Shown piece by piece: positions 1 to 13,600 of a DNA stretch of 40,483 bases; within the stretch, counting starts at the first letter, position 1; each line of letters opens with the position of its first letter. The translations under genes were made by a program, and so were the position numbers. The notes beneath the pieces are model-generated. The model did not search any database. It saw only the letters and a list, made by a program, of their open reading frames with translations, and was not told the origin of the DNA. This DNA is from Macrostomum lignano (taxonomy: Eukaryota): the NCBI GenBank assembly GCA_002269645.1, contig NIVC01003821.1, forward strand, positions 1-40,483, in the 5' to 3' direction.

Positions 1-996
1 TAAGCCACTTAAAATGGGCCTATATAAAGATCTTGGTTAAGCCCAAGGTTTATCCCGATAAATAATCTCGGACTAAGCTGTATATTTAATGATTAATATA
101 GGTGAAAACAAAAGCAATGCAACAGAAAATGACAAAAAGGCTTACCAAATTTAGCACAGAAATTGACTTGTGTTTATCGTATTTCCTCGCCGAGCAACTC
201 CCCTGTCTCGCTTTCACACGCGGAGAGCTTTCTAGGAGTAAAAAGTATTGCGCTCGCTATTTCATGTCAAGTTAAGGCTGGGAGCTTGCCAGCTTGCTTG
301 CGTCTTCTGCCCGTTTGGACTAAAAACCCTCTGCCCCTGCATTGTACATGTACGCACTCATAGAGAGAGGAGAGGGATGGGCCGGAGCGGACCGAGTGTA
401 CATTGGAGCCAGTGCACACGAAGCAAGGCTAGGGTAATACAGCTAGAGATGACTGTACACTGACTGTACACCCACAAACCCTAAGTGGACATTCAACTCA
501 GTCAGCGAAGCAAACAACACGCGGGCCGGTTACTTAGCCTTCCACTTTCCAATTTTTATTTGCCCTGTCAACCTAAGCATAAGCAAGCAGGCCTAGAAAC
601 AGGCCTATTGTTGGCCCAGTGAGTGGTTTGAAATGTACAATCAATTAGGACTTTGCGTTTAATAATAGTGTGTGTAAAGCCATATCTTGCCAGCGTATCT
701 GCGCCCAATCCAACGTCAATCACCTAGCCAGTATTTAATTTTTCAATTTCTCTAAAGAAAAAATTTGGTATTCTACTACTATTGTAGCTATATGTCTGTT
801 CCAATTATTTCTGATTGCTAAATTGTTCCGTGTGTTGACTAATTAATTTTCAGCATTCAGTTCAATTCATCTTCATTTATTGCTTGACAATATTTTCTCA
901 CGCTTAGCCAAAAAATGCTTCCTTTCATTTTCGTTGCTTTTAGATTTTTTTCTGCGTACATCTTTAAAATAGTAAGCCCAGATTTTATTTTACAGT

Positions 997-3300
997 ATGT
1001 CAGTCTGGCCGTGTCAGTCTGGCTGTGTCAATCTGGCTGTATCAGTCTGGCTGTGTCAGTCTGGCTGTGTCAGTCTGGCTATGTCAGTCAGGCCGTGTCA
1101 GTCTGGCTTGTGTCAATCTGGCTGTGTCAGTCTGGCTGTGTCAGTCTGGCTGTGTCAGTCTGGTTGTGTCAGTCTGGCTGTGTCAGTCTGGTTGTGTCAG
1201 TCTGGCTGTGTCAGTCTGGCTGTGTCAGTGGAGCTGTGTCAGTCTGGCTGTGTCAGTGGAGCTGTGTCAGTCTGGCTGTGTCAGTGGAGCTGTGTTAGTC
1301 TGGCTGTGTCAGTCTGGCTCTGGCTGTGTCAGTCTGGCTGTGTCAGTCTGGCTGTGTCAGTCTGGCTGTGTCAGTCTGGCTGTGTCAGTCTGGCTCTGGC
1401 TGTGTCAGTCTGGCTCTGGCTGTGTCAGTCTGGCTCTGGCTGTGTCAGTCTGGCTGTGTCAGTCTGGCTCTGGCTGTGTCAGTCTGGCTGTGTCAGTCTG
1501 GCTGTGTCAGTCTGGCTGTGTCAATCTGGCTGTATCAGTCTGGCTGTGTCAGTCTGGCTGTGTCAGTCTGGCTGTGTCAGTCTGGCTGTGTCAGTCTGGC
1601 TCTGGCTGTGTCAGTCTGGCTGTGTCAGTCTGGCTGTGTCAGTCTGGCTGTGTCAATCTGGCTGTATCAGTCTGGCTGTATCAGTCTGGCTGTGTCAGTC
1701 TGGCTGTGTCAGTCTGGCTCTGGCTGTGTCAGTCTGGCTGTGTCAGTCTGGCTCTGGCTGTGTCAGTCTGGCTGTGTCAGTCTGGCTGTGTCAGTCTGGC
1801 TGTGTCAATCTGGCTGTATCAGTCTGGCTGTGTCAGTCTGGCTGTGTCAGTCTGGCTGTGTCAGTCTGGCTGTGTCAGTCTGGCTCTGGCTGTGTCAGTC
1901 TGGCTGTGTCAGTCTGGCTGTGTCAGTCTGGCTGTGTCAATCTGGCTGTATCAGTCTGGCTGTATCAGTCTGGCTGTGTCAGTATGGCTGTGTCAGTCTG
2001 GCTCTGGCTGTGTCAGTCTGGCTGTGTCAGTCTGGCTCTGGCTGTGTCAGTCTGGCTGTGTCAGTCTGGCTCTGGCTGTGTCAGTCTGGCTGTGTCAGTC
2101 TGGCTGTGTCAGTCTGGCTGTGTCAGTCTGGCTGTGTCAGTCTGGCCGTGTCAGTCTGGCTGTGTCAATCTGGCTGTATCAGTCTGGCTGTGTCAGTCTG
2201 GTTGTGTCAGTCTGGCTGTGTCAGTCTGGCTGTGTCAGTGGAGCTGTGTCAGTCTGGCTGTGTCAGTGGAGCTGTGTCAGTCTGGCTGTGTCAGTGGAGC
2301 TGTGTTAGTCTGGCTGTGTCAGTCTGGCTCTGGCTGTGTCAGTCTGGCTGTGTCAGTCTGGCTGTGTCAGTCTGGCTCTGGCTGTGTCAGTCTGGCTGTG
2401 TCAGTCTGGCTCTGGCTGTGTCAGTCTGGCTCTGGCTGTGTCAGTCTGGCTGTGTCAGTCTGGCTCTGGCTGTGTCAGTCTGTCTGTGTCAGTCTGGCTG
2501 TGTCAGTCTGGCTGTGTCAATCTGGCTGTATCAGTCTGGCTGTGTCAGTCTGGCTGTGTCAGTCTGGCTGTGTCAGTCTGGCTCTGGCTGTGTCAGTCTG
2601 GCTGTGTCAGTCTGGCTGTGTCAGTCTGGCTGTGTCAATCTGGCTGTATCAGTCTGGCTGTATCAGTCTGGCTGTGTCAGTCTGGCTGTGTCAGTCTGGC
2701 TCTGGCTGTGTCAGTCTGGCTGTGTCAGTCTGGCTCTGGCTGTGTCAGTCTGGCTGTGTCAGTCTGGCTCTGGCTGTGTCAGTCTGGCTGTGTCAGTCTG
2801 GCTCTGGCTGTGTCAGTCTGGCTGTGTCAGTCTGGCTGTGTCAGTCTGGCTGTGTCAGTCTGGCTGTGTCAGTCTGGCTGTGTCAGTCTGGCCGTGTCAG
2901 TCTGGCTGTGTCAATCTGGCTGTATCAGTCTGGCTGTGTCAGTCTGGCTGTGTCAGTCTGGCTATGTCAGTCAGGCCGTGTCAGTCTGGCTGTGTCAGTC
3001 TGGCTCTGGCTGTGTCAGTCTGGCTGTGTCAGTCTGGCTGTGTCAGTCTGGCTGTGTCAGTCTGGCTGTGTCAGTCTGGCTGTGTCAGTCTGGCTGTGTC
3101 AGTCTGGCTGTGTCAGTCTGGCTGTGTCAGTCTGGCTGTGTCAGTCTGGCTGTGTCAGTCTGGCTGTGTCAGTCTGGCTGTGTCAGTCTGGCTGTGTCAG
3201 TCTGGCTGTGTCAGTCTGGCTGTGTCAGTCTGGCTGTGTCAGTCTGGCTGTGTCAGTCTGGCTGTGTCAGTGGAGCTGTGTCAGTCTAGCTGTGTCAGCT
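997..3300 (+). repeat. 14-bp minisatellite (GTCAGTCTGGCTGT)n, about 160 units
   Basis: Head-to-tail 14-mers read directly. Recurrent variants are a +6 GGCTCT insertion, TCAATCTGGCTGTA and GTGGAGCT. No spacers. Confidence 0.97.
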
Positions 3301-3600
3301 GATTAGGTGTTACTCTTTAACTGTTCGTCAGCCGTAACTCGTTAGTTCCGCTAGACCGACAGTGCACTTTCAATTTGTCGGCATGCTCAGAGTCAGGCAA
3401 TGATACAAATAGGCCTCCATCTTCAGAAAATATCAGTTTTACTCTTTTTTCGTAAATAAAAAACTGCTGCAGCAAAAAAAACTTTACGAGACTACTACCA
3501 GTAGTTGATTAGCTTTTAACTACAAAGAGTATAAAAAATTAAAGTAAATTGTCACAGCATTAGTCAGTATTCTCGCGTTTAAATATTTTTGAAATTAAAA

Positions 3601-5286
3601 AGCACACCTAATCCCCTTCTAGCACCCTGTCCCCTTCCAGCACACCTATCCCCTTCTAGCACCCTGTCCCCTTCCAGCACACCTATCCCCTTCTAGCACC
3701 CCTGTCCCTTCTAGCACCCCCTGTTCCCTTCTAGCACCCCTGTCCCTTCCAGCACACCTATCCCCTTCCAGCACACCTATCCACTTCTAGCACACCTATC
3801 CCCTTCTAGCACACCTATCCCCTTCTAGCACACCTATCCCCTTCTAGCACACCTATCCCCTTCTAGCACACCTGTCCCCGTCTAGCACCCCTGTCCCTTC
3901 CAGCACCCCTGTCCCCTTTCTAGCACCCCTGTCCCCTTCCAGCACCCCTGTCCCCTTTCTAGCACCCCCTGTCCCTCTTCTAGCACACCTAATCCCCTTC
4001 TAGCACACCTAATCCCCTTCTAGCACCCTGTCCCTCTTTTAGTCTAGCACACCTAATCCCCTTCTAGCACCCCCTGTCCCTCTTTTAGTCTAGCACACCT
4101 AATCCCCTTCTAGCACCCCTATCCCCTTCTAGCACTCCTGTCCCCTTCTAGCACACCTAATCCCCTTCTAGCACCCCTGTCCCCTTCTAGCACCCCTGTC
4201 CCCTTCTAGCACCCCTGTCCCCTTCTAGCACCCCTGTCCCCTTCTAGCACCCCTGTCCCCTTCTAGCACCCCCTGTCCCTCTTCTAGCACACCTAATCCC
4301 CTTCTAGCACACCTAATCCCCTTCTAGCACCCCTGTCCCCTTCTAGCACCCCTGTCCCCTTCTAGCACACCTATCCCCTTCTAGCACACCTATCCCCTTC
4401 TAGCACCCCTGTCCCCTTCTAGCACACCTAATCCCCTTCTAGCTCACCTGTCTCTCTTTTAGTCTATAGCACACCTATTCCCTTCTAGCACCCCCTGTCC
4501 CTCTTCTAGCACACCTAATCCCCTTCTAGCATCCCTGTCCCCCTTCTAGCACACCTAATCCCCTTCTAGCACACCTAATCCCCTTCTAGCACCCCTGTCC
4601 CTCTTTTAGTCTAGCACACCTAATCCCCTTCTAGCACCCCTGTCCCCTTCTAGCACCCCTGTCCCTCTTCTAGCACACCTAATCCCCTTCTAGCACACCT
4701 AATCCCCTTCTAGCACCCCCGTCCCCTTCTAGCACCCCCTGTCCCTCTTCTAGCACACCTAATCCCCTTCTAGCACACCTAATCCCCTTCTAGCACACCT
4801 AATCCCCTTCTAGCACCCCTGTCCCTCTTTTAGTCTAGCACACCTATCCCCTTCTAGCACACCTATCCCCTTCTAGCACCCCTGTCCCCTTCTAGCACAC
4901 CTAATCCCCTTCTAGCACACCTAATCCCCTTCTAGCACACCTAATCCCCTTCTAGCACCCCTGTCCCTCTTTTAGTCTAGCACACCTAATCCCCTTCTAG
5001 CACCCCTGTCCCCTTCTAGCACACCTAATCCCCTTCTAGCACCCCTGTCCCTTCTAGCACACCTAATCCCCTTCTAGCACCCCTGTCCCCTTCTAGCACA
5101 CCTAATCCCCTTCTAGCACCCCTGTCTCCTTCTAGCACCCCTGTCCCCTTCTAGCACCCCTGTCCCCTTCTAGCTCACCTAATCCCCTTCTAGCACCCCT
5201 GTCCCCTTCTAGCACACCTAATCCCCTTCTAGCACCCCTGTCCCCTTCTAGCACCCTGTCCCCTTCTAGCACCCCTGTCCCCTTCA
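3601..5286 (+). repeat. 19-21-bp minisatellite of two interleaved units, CCCTTCTAGCACACCTAATC and CCCTTCTAGCACCCCTGTC
   Basis: Continuous tandem array with shared core CCCTTCTAGCAC, two alternative tails and an occasional TCTTTTAG insertion. Confidence 0.95.
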
Positions 5287-6259
5287 GCCTTGTCAGTTTT
5301 TTGCTCTGACCGCCCTGTAACTTCTAATTTCTGGGCTTATTTTTGCAAGCTTTACAGCGGTGATTATTTACATTTGATTTAAAGTCTGAAATTGTGTCGC
5401 CAACTAAGCCAAAGCTAAAAAACTGTCTTGGGTCTCTCCTTTTTGCTAAAGCAGAGAGTTTTTGGAAACTTCTTATCGAGTTTTTACCTGTTTGAGAAAG
5501 AAACGATTCTCTATTGCGTAAACTAGCCAAGCATAATGGGTTTGGAAAAGAACTAGAATAAACCAGTTTGAGGCCAACGAAAAAGCAGTTGTGGGGTGAG
5601 GCGGCAGGTGGTAACTAAGCCCGTGGGCGTGCATACGAAACTGCAGTGCTGGAGGGCGGGGAGGGGGACTGACCGTTGTCCTGGCGACAGAGACGCGCTT
5701 AAACAGGCCGAGCCGAGAGTAAGGAGAAGCCCTCTGACGCTTTGCGTTTGAGGCAGATGGAGAGAGATAAGGTATAGCGATGACTCAACCTCAACCCACA
5801 AAGTTACTTGTATAAGCTGCTGCACCTGCGCGTGCTCTGCACAATACCGTACATTCAATGAATTTAGAAAAGCTCCATTATTCTCCGACTCTGCAGCGCA
5901 AGCTAAAAGACTCAAAGGCAGCGAAAGAGGGGGGCAGCTGAAACGTGAGAGGAATGGAGAAGGGGTGAGACAGACAAGAAGAATGCAATTTTCTCTCTCT
6001 CTACCCCTGTTCTAACCCCAACCCTACCTGTCACTGCCCCGCGCTGGATGGTTGCTTAGCAGCAGAAAAGGGGGTGGAATGAGGCAGAGGAAGAGCTATT
6101 GATAATTGTTTCCTGTGTACAGTCCCTGCATTTGCAATGGGCTTGCAGCGTGCATTGGCCTTACCTCACCCGACCCTCCCGCAGACCTGCGTCCCTCCAG
6201 CTGCCTCCTCGCTTTAGCAACCGTGGTGCGGCCCTGGAAACGCAGCTAAAGCGTCCTAA

Positions 6260-6360
6260 ACCAGCCCAATGAGAGCTCTTAGCAACGCCGAGTGCCAACC
6301 CCAGCCGCCCAACCGACCAGCAGCCCCGCCAGCCCCGCCCGGCGCTGATAAATAGGCGCA
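6260..6360 (+). promoter_or_regulatory. Putative core promoter of the alpha-tubulin gene
   Basis: CCAAT at 6266-6270, GC-box-like CCCCGCCC near 6333-6340 and TATA-like ATAAATA at 6348-6354, about 135 nt upstream of the ATG. The TSS is not determined. Confidence 0.45.
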
Positions 6361-6487
6361 CGCGGCGCGCCCCGGGCTCCTCTTTATCGCCAAAGCCAGA
6401 GTCTCGTTAGACATCTGCTTCTACCAGCGCAACAACTTACACACCCTCTCTCTTTAACCCGCTTCTCCAAGCTCCCCAAGTCTCACC

Positions 6488-7930
<1,443 letters not shown>

Positions 7931-8179
7931 GCTCTAAGCTGTTGAAGTGAAAGACTCTAACTCACGCTGAAAGACTAAAATTGAATTTTTTCTTTCTGAA
8001 TGAAAGATGCGATCAATTAACGGCTTCGAAGTGATCAATATCTCTTTTAATGAAGAATGATTAACATCAGCCCAGACTACGCCAGTCGGGTGCTATTTTT
8101 AGTTGTATAGCAAGTAAAGCAAACTACAACAGATCAACGAACATGACGTTCTTTATATTTTGTACAAGACCTCTAAAAA

Positions 8180-8185
8180 AATAAA
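8180..8185 (+). terminator. Probable polyadenylation signal of alpha-tubulin
   Basis: AATAAA about 250 nt after the stop codon, followed by T/GT-rich sequence. It lies within an A-rich run, so chance is possible. Confidence 0.5.
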
Positions 8186-8429
8186 AAAATACTGTTTAAG
8201 TCGATCGCTGAGTTGTTTCTCATTTATTCTGCTCTGATTTGAAGCTAATCCTGAATAGGACAGTGCTGAGATCCTGTCTATAGTGTCTATACTCAGTGCA
8301 CATCTTATTGTGCGTTTATAGTGACTCTCCTGATACAGGTTAATTTAATAGTGGCTTGGGAGTGACTTTCAAATAAGACCCGATTATTTTTCGACAAGGA
8401 ACACCGGCAGTAAGAAGGCATACATGTCA

Positions 8430-9145
8430 ATGCTCGCACCCGAGTGACTGACATTGTGGTTATACGAGTGACTCATTGTGTTACAGAATAGTATTTCTTG
8501 TACTCGTAGTTGTTAGTGATTCACACTAATGGTTACAAAAGCGATTTTCATTTCATGTAGGAGTGACTCACATTGTGGCTATAGAAGTGAATCGCATTAA
8601 TTGTACGGCTCATTAATGACTCTCATTAAGGCTACACAAGTAGGAGTGGCTTACATGTACATATTACATTGTGACTATAGGTAACTCTCATTGTGGCTAT
8701 GAGTAACACTCATTGTGGCTATGAGTGACTCTCATTGTGGCTATACATGTAGCTGGAGTGACTCTTACTGTGACTATAAGAGTGAATCTAACTGTGGCTA
8801 TAGGAGTGACTCACTGTGGCTATAGGAGTGACTATCATTGTACTACATTAATCATTAATGACTTAAGTCATGGCTATAGGAGTGACATTATGGCTACAGA
8901 ATAGCAATTCTTATACAGTAGTTGTTAGAGTGACTCACATTGATGTTACACGTGATTAAGCATTTACATGTAGGTGACACGCACCCTCAGTGTCGTTACA
9001 GAAGCGATTTCATTGCAATTATGCATGTAGGAGTGACTTTCATAGTGGTTATCGGAGTGACTCTCATAGTGGTTATCGGATGTACTCTCATTTTTGTTAC
9101 AGTAATGATCGTTAGTGTGGCTATAGGAGTGACTTACATAGTGTA
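8430..9145 (+). repeat. Old degenerate tandem repeat, about 22-24-bp unit GAGTGACTCTCATTGTGGCTATA
   Basis: Recurring GAGTGACT and TTGTGGCTATA motifs with many substitutions and indels. Confidence 0.75.
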
Positions 9146-10103
9146 GTGGCCAGATGAGTTAAGTTTCTATTCTCAGAGGCTTATGACAATTTGAGGATGT
9201 TTCTTTATTCAAGTACTTACGAAAAGATTAGTAGTTAATAATAAAACTGTTTTAGGGTATAGGATACTCAGCCATATGCAGCTCAATGCAGTTCAAAATT
9301 TTAAAGATATTCTATATGCGTACTATCAGCGCAATGGTTAATGTAGACCACCACCGGAAGCCCCATACTGCTACTTGCAATCAGTAGTACTGCCTGCTCT
9401 ATTTGATTAAAATAATCAGAAAATTTCAAGCCTAAAATTTAGCTATTCAAGTCAAACAGCCGAAACAGGTAATGCAAAACATCTGGCATACAACACACAC
9501 GCTTTGTATTTTAAGTTTATTTGAACAGACTTAAACAGCATTGCATGGATTGAGTAATTGAGTTAATCAGCTTTTCATGGTGCACGTAACGGGCTAAGCT
9601 AATAAGCAAACACAACTATGATCCCATTGCTGATAACTAACTGGATTCTATAGAGACCAACTCGGCCTGGGAAAGACAGGTCACTTGCAAGATAATTTTA
9701 TACTTTTTAGCCTACTTTCTTCTGGGCATATTGATCGCGAATTACTAACGGATTTTGCGACGAAACGTCGGATTGACCGGTTTCAGCCATAGACTCGGGT
9801 TGAAAAAACTCAAATTAGATCAGTGTTTTTTAAAGCATGGCTGAAGGAATACAAATGCATTCTTCATTGTGCTGATGTCTATGGCCAAACCATCAACTTA
9901 TTTGCCTTTTTCGTCTATTGTCTATGGTCAAAACCAAATCGACTATAGCCAAATGGGAATTCACAACTTGGTTTGGCTCAACTATGTTTAACTTTAATCG
10001 GCCACTTGATATAACAATTTTAATTTGTATTCCTTTATCAATGCTTTAACTAAGAAGCTGCCTAAAGCCGCTTAATTAGAAAATTATGCTTGAGTCAGGC
10101 ACA

Positions 10104-10640
10104 TCAGTCAGAGCCCCCAGCCCGAGGCAGTTGCTGGCTCCAGGCCTCCAGTTCAGGCAGCTGGTATTTGCCACCGTAGCACCGCAGCCCTGTGACAGGA
10201 TCCGTGATGCAGCCATCCGAGAAGATGATTTTCACTAGCCGATAGACACAATTGAATTCCATTGGTTCTGGCGTTTTCTCGACTAGTACTAAATCCCCAG
10301 TCTTAGTTGCTATTCGGCCAGCGTAGGCCAGGTAAGTGGCCGATTGATAATAATAGCGCAATATGAACCGGTTTAAGCAGAGCTTTTTCACTTGGACTCG
10401 CACTAGGCTGGGCTCGTGGTCCGAGTCCGGCTTGTGAAACTCGCCATCGTAGCGGCCGTATGGCTCAACCTGGCCAATGGCCAGAGGAAACGGGGCCGTG
10501 GGCATCAGGCCTTTGCGCTCTGCCGCTTTCAGTCCAATCGAGGTCACCTCCGGCTTGTGATAGGGGAAATACTCGTTAACGTAGGCTTTTAGATAGCGCT
10601 GCACGTTTGGCCGACGATGGCGAAGGAAGTAGGAGGACAT
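10104..10640 (-). CDS. MRPS17: Mitochondrial ribosomal protein S17 (uS17m)-like, 178 aa, single coding exon
   Basis: The translation has LAIGQV...VRVQVKKLCLNRFILRYY...TYLAY...KTGDLVLV...LVKIIF..G.ITDPVTG.RC.G. This matches the animal MRPS17 pattern VGKV...KVRV.RL.LD.YLLKYF.KRKTYFAHD...VGDIVLL...IVFK.G..IDPVTGK.C.G as I recall it. The ATG at 10640 coincides with the AT-rich to GC-rich switch; TGA is at 10104-10106. Confidence 0.88.
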   Translation of the reverse strand: MSSYFLRHRRPNVQRYLKAYVNEYFPYHKPEVTSIGLKAAERKGLMPTAPFPLAIGQVEPYGRYDGEFHKPDSDHEPSLVRVQVKKLCLNRFILRYYYQSATYLAYAGRIATKTGDLVLVEKTPEPMEFNCVYRLVKIIFSDGCITDPVTGLRCYGGKYQLPELEAWSQQLPRAGGSD

Positions 10641-13600
10641 TGCCAGTTGCTGTGCATGAGTTGAAAGGCATTTTTGTTTGTTAAGCATAAGAATCACAGT
10701 GCCATATGAAATTGGAAATGGCACATTATACAATAATTCATGAAAATACTTTTCTGTTTCAACATGATTCCTTTTTATTTTTCGAGTCCAGCTGCTGGTT
10801 GTCAAGCCAGAGAGTAGAATATTGCAGTTGTAGTATTGCAGTTTAAGGCTACTAGTTATTCTGATCAATTTATTCTTAGTGGATCCTGGTTGAATTGGTA
10901 GTTTACTGCCACCAGGTTCCTGAGGTTCCCCTAGTCCTTAATATAAGAAAATAAAGAATTGAGACAGGAATCCAAACAGATATATTTATTTGAAAGGTAT
11001 AAAACAAAATAACAAGTCTGTAATACGGTTGCAATATTAATCCCTTAGGTACAAAATTAATTTAGGCATTAACTGTCATTGTACATTGTTACTTGCTATG
11101 ACAACCTATAGCAGTTCTATGTATTCTCAATCCCCTTAGTCTTAATTATCCTTTTTGGTTGTTATATATTTTCTAAGTCAAACTAACAACTGTCTTCTAG
11201 ACCTCTTCTTTTCTCCAATTTTTTCATTTGATCTAAGACTAACATGTATTAGTCTTAGTTCCAAGATAAAAAATATTTTTCACTAGGCTTCAACTGCTTT
11301 ATACTAGTAGAAAAACTCCTAAAATCTTGGTTTATCATACTATTAACATTTCCTAAGCTTAAACTACTGGTAGTAGGATAAAAGCATACAGTATATGCCC
11401 AATTAAAAAAAAATTGAAGAAAAAATTAAGCAATAGCTTAAATTTAAGGCCAGATTTGGTATCTTAGCAGTTAATTTTATAATTTCTAGTATATTCTACA
11501 TAAATTTCTATATGCTAATATAGACTTTTGACTATATTTTTATGCTTTAAAATATATAAATATATATAAAATATATTTTTTATGCTTTTGAATATATAAT
11601 TATTTGATACTTTGCAGAAAATCAAATACATGCTAGAAACTTTTAGAAAACTACAATCACATAGATAGAGACAAACAATTCATTTTTAGTATATAAGATC
11701 TAACATCTAAAATCTCTAAACCTACATTTGTAATCAAAACTAAGTCATCCAAACAGTATAATTTTAGAAGATATATATATATATATAGGATGCAATACTT
11801 ATGTTTCATTCAAAGAATTTTGAAGGCAACTTTTTGCCAAAAAATACAATATGAAAATAGGAACTTTTTTACTTTTTTAATATCATTATTATTGCTTTCA
11901 ATAAGAGACCAACCTAATCTTTATCTTTTGATATGTTGTGCCTTTCTTTTAGCCCTATAATATTATTTATAAAGTTTTTAATTGAGAAAATTAGGATTTT
12001 CTGTTAGTTTTCATTTTATTTATAACTGTATATGTCTATGCCCAAGAATTATTAAAATAGCATGACTTGGCTCATTGGTTTTATAAATATATTTTAATCA
12101 TTCTTAGCTAGCAATGAATTAATATATGTATGAAAGATAAAATAGATCCATAAAACCAAAGAGTCAAGCTATGCCATGCATTTTTATGATTTTTATAAGC
12201 AGGAAAAATGCTTTAACTAATCCTAAAGGTCTTAGTAATTCTAATTAGGCCTATTATAGGGTACACCTATAAACATTGGTTAAATACAAACTTAAAAAAA
12301 TATTTGTAAAACAATTTTTTGGCTAAATATGATTTATGAATATGATTATTCATATTTTATCTAAGACTAAATGGCATTTAATGATACAGACCTAAGTCTT
12401 ACAAATTCAAAATACATTCTTTAAAACTTATTATTCCTTAAAAGACCAATTTCAAGAGTAACATATCTTTTACAACCAAGGTCCAAGGAAGGAAAATGAG
12501 ATTTAGGCCCCTACCAAATATCAAGTTTTAAGAGTAAGACATGGGACTTTAAGGCTTAATTTTTATATCACTAGACAAGAGTCAGTAGTGGGAAGTTGTA
12601 GTACTATTCCAGTTCAGGATAGGCTATAAATAGTCACTTTTAAATATCGCCTATCGCGTAAATGTTAATCAAATTGGTAACTTTTCAGTGTTTATCTGTG
12701 TAACTGTACGCATTCCATTAAATAAAACCTAATTTAGAAGGCTCAATTTGCCGTATTTTTAGCAACAATCTAAAGAATATATTTATAACTTTCACGTGAT
12801 TTTCTATTGTTATAACTTATTTTTGTGCAAATAAAAAGGTATTAGTTTAAAATTTGATTTTAGGGGAAACGATAGGGTCGTTCTCAAAGCTAGGTCACAA
12901 CTTTTTGTTATTGCAAAAAAAGTTTATACATCGACCAATAATCGTACAAAAAAAATTATTTCGACAATTTCTGTAAGAAGCTGCTACTAAAACCACAAGA
13001 AAACTTGAAATTGAGAAGAAATCAAGGCTATTTGTTATTCTTTGTTGCGGAAAATAAACGACAAAAATATTAAAGAGAAAATAAAATTTTCTTCTATTTT
13101 TATTTTAAATATGCAGTTAAATTTCTTTTGCAAAAATAAAAGAACAAGAAATTGACAAAGGAAATGTTTTTGAGCACAGCATTTTGTTACTCTGCTCTAA
13201 ATCCCAGACATTTAAAATTATCGTGTGCGAAAAAGTGCGAAATTATTATAGCATGCACTCGAAAGGACTTCGATCAGTTTAATTAATCACTGAATTAAGA
13301 AGTCTAAATAAGTCTTGAAAGGTTGAATTAAAAATCAAGTTTTCACTATGTATCTTTTCAAAGTCAAGATGATTCGACAAATAAAGAATGTTCATTTTCA
13401 CGGTGAATAGAATTGTTCATTTTTACATTAAATATAATAAAATCTAACTAATAATAGAAAAAGTCAGGGAACTATCCTTGAACACCAAAAAGCACATTGT
13501 GGATTTAATATCAACTGCATGTTCCTTAATAAAGGAATTCGGATTCTAGTATATATTTGATTATTTGTAGCATAATTTCTGAAAACTATAACTTGCTTGA

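Noticed and set aside
915-3306. Giant Cys/Ser/Val-rich ORFs (769, 658, 427 and 317 aa)
   Set aside because: They are translations of a stop-free 14-bp repeat. All three frames give the same peptide cycle.
5324-5915. Two minus-strand ORFs upstream of tubulin as a divergent gene
   Set aside because: Non-ATG starts, no recognisable domain, and no consistent exon chain.
9305-9370. tRNA/SINE-like A-box (TCAGCGCAATGGTTA)
   Set aside because: No B-box or cloverleaf could be identified.
10641-10868. N-terminal 76 codons of the 254-aa ORF
   Set aside because: TTG start, AT-rich non-coding composition, and a splice acceptor just before the ATG at 10640.
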